This document shows, piece by piece, positions 63,401 to 64,000 of a DNA stretch of 64,000 nt. Within the stretch, counting starts at the first letter, position 1; each line of letters begins with the position of its first letter. The notes beneath the pieces were generated by a model, which ran no database searches, had not been told where the DNA came from, and worked only from the letters and a program-made list of their open reading frames with translations. Both the position numbers and the translations under genes were made by a program. The DNA is from Anthoceros angustus (Eukaryota; Plantae; Anthocerotophyta). The stretch spans positions 2,604,001 to 2,668,000 of the forward strand of contig VJWM01000025.1 of assembly GCA_010909165.1 (NCBI GenBank), read 5' to 3'.

Positions 63401-64000
63401 ATGCCGATCCCTCGGGGCGGAACGCTCGATGTCTGAGCCCTTCTCCTTCTTCCTCGCTTGATTTTCCAACTTTGATAATACATACCCCTCACGGTGATCC
63501 CTCGAAACCGTTCTAAGAAGGCATTTTCAAAGCTTCAAGCGAGGCGGGTGGGGCATTCTCCGGTGGTCGGTACTTTCTCCGATACCATTGAGCGGTCCTC
63601 GGAGAACCCCTTGGAAAATTTGGATGAGCGTCGACTCCCTCTCCGTTGAAGTTGGCTTTGGACACGAAGTCCTCCACAAAGGTCTCGCATCCGCTCCTTC
63701 TTCCCTCCGAATATAGATGCGCTTGTTTGGTCGAGGTAGGGGCCATGGCTGCCATCGATGGGTTAGGCGTGGTACCTACCTTCTTCCGTTGGCGTCCTCG
63801 TACCCGTACTCGTCTTGGTCCGACAATTCGACCACGTTCTCCCTCCTCGATCGGCGGTGCTCTCTCGTTGGGTTTGGCGTCTCTCCTCTCACGGCTCGGA
63901 GAGCACGCGAGGTGACCACGTCCGATCCTCCCGAGTTCACTCTTGGCCGTCGCTCGCCACGCATTCACTTACCTTCTCTTCCTAAGGGCTGCGGCTGCGG

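Larger units (their letters stand above)
49875..64000 (-). mobile_element. Large Ty3/Gypsy (Athila/Tat-like) LTR retrotransposon: gag-PR-RT-RH-INT plus a long 3' region; continues past the right edge; left boundary approximate
   Basis: Gag with two knuckles (CWNCGNPGHYSNAC, CGDCKQAGH; 62329-62901); protease LDTG (about 61750); RT DGYSGYNQ, FTTEWGT, LDDF (60400-61000); RH GMVGYYRRFIKDFAK, YVDHFA; INT WGIDFVGP, SDRGTHF and GPY/F RWMGPYQVVQVYDNGSV ending at 55477. Confidence 0.9.

Noticed and set aside
1-64000. rRNA, tRNA or other structured RNA genes
   Set aside because: None was recognised; the only tRNA-related sequence is the 12-nt PBS at 14896-14907.

Overview
This is eukaryotic nuclear DNA with short GT-AG introns and a plant-type repeat content, most likely from a non-seed land plant or streptophyte alga (inference). 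About 80% of the window is transposon-derived: Ty3/Gypsy elements at both ends and at about 14-16 kb, a Sola2-like DDE transposase, a non-autonomous CACTA-like element with CCCTA termini, CRE-clade non-LTR retroelements and a Mutator-like (MULE) transposase. A host-gene island at 32.2-40.1 kb holds a tandem array of three divergent RNA polymerase RPB3 paralogues (two with intact spliced ORFs, one pseudogene) interleaved with two secreted Lys/Pro/Glu/Tyr-rich octapeptide-repeat genes. The most notable item is a minus-strand, intron-containing gene at about 45.1-49.75 kb that fuses a ParB/Srx-like domain to a beta-class amino (N6-adenine/N4-cytosine) DNA methyltransferase domain. It lies convergent to the MULE transposase, and a second, diverged fragment of the same family sits at 27.6-28.8 kb. 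This suggests a mobile, possibly transposon-carried DNA methylation writer. Caveat: repetitive parts are full of 1-3 bp indels and of 0.4-1.8 kb tandem duplications with microhomology junctions, which may be assembly or consensus artefacts, so frameshifts here cannot be taken as proof of pseudogenisation. All protein assignments come from motif recognition by eye, not from database searches.
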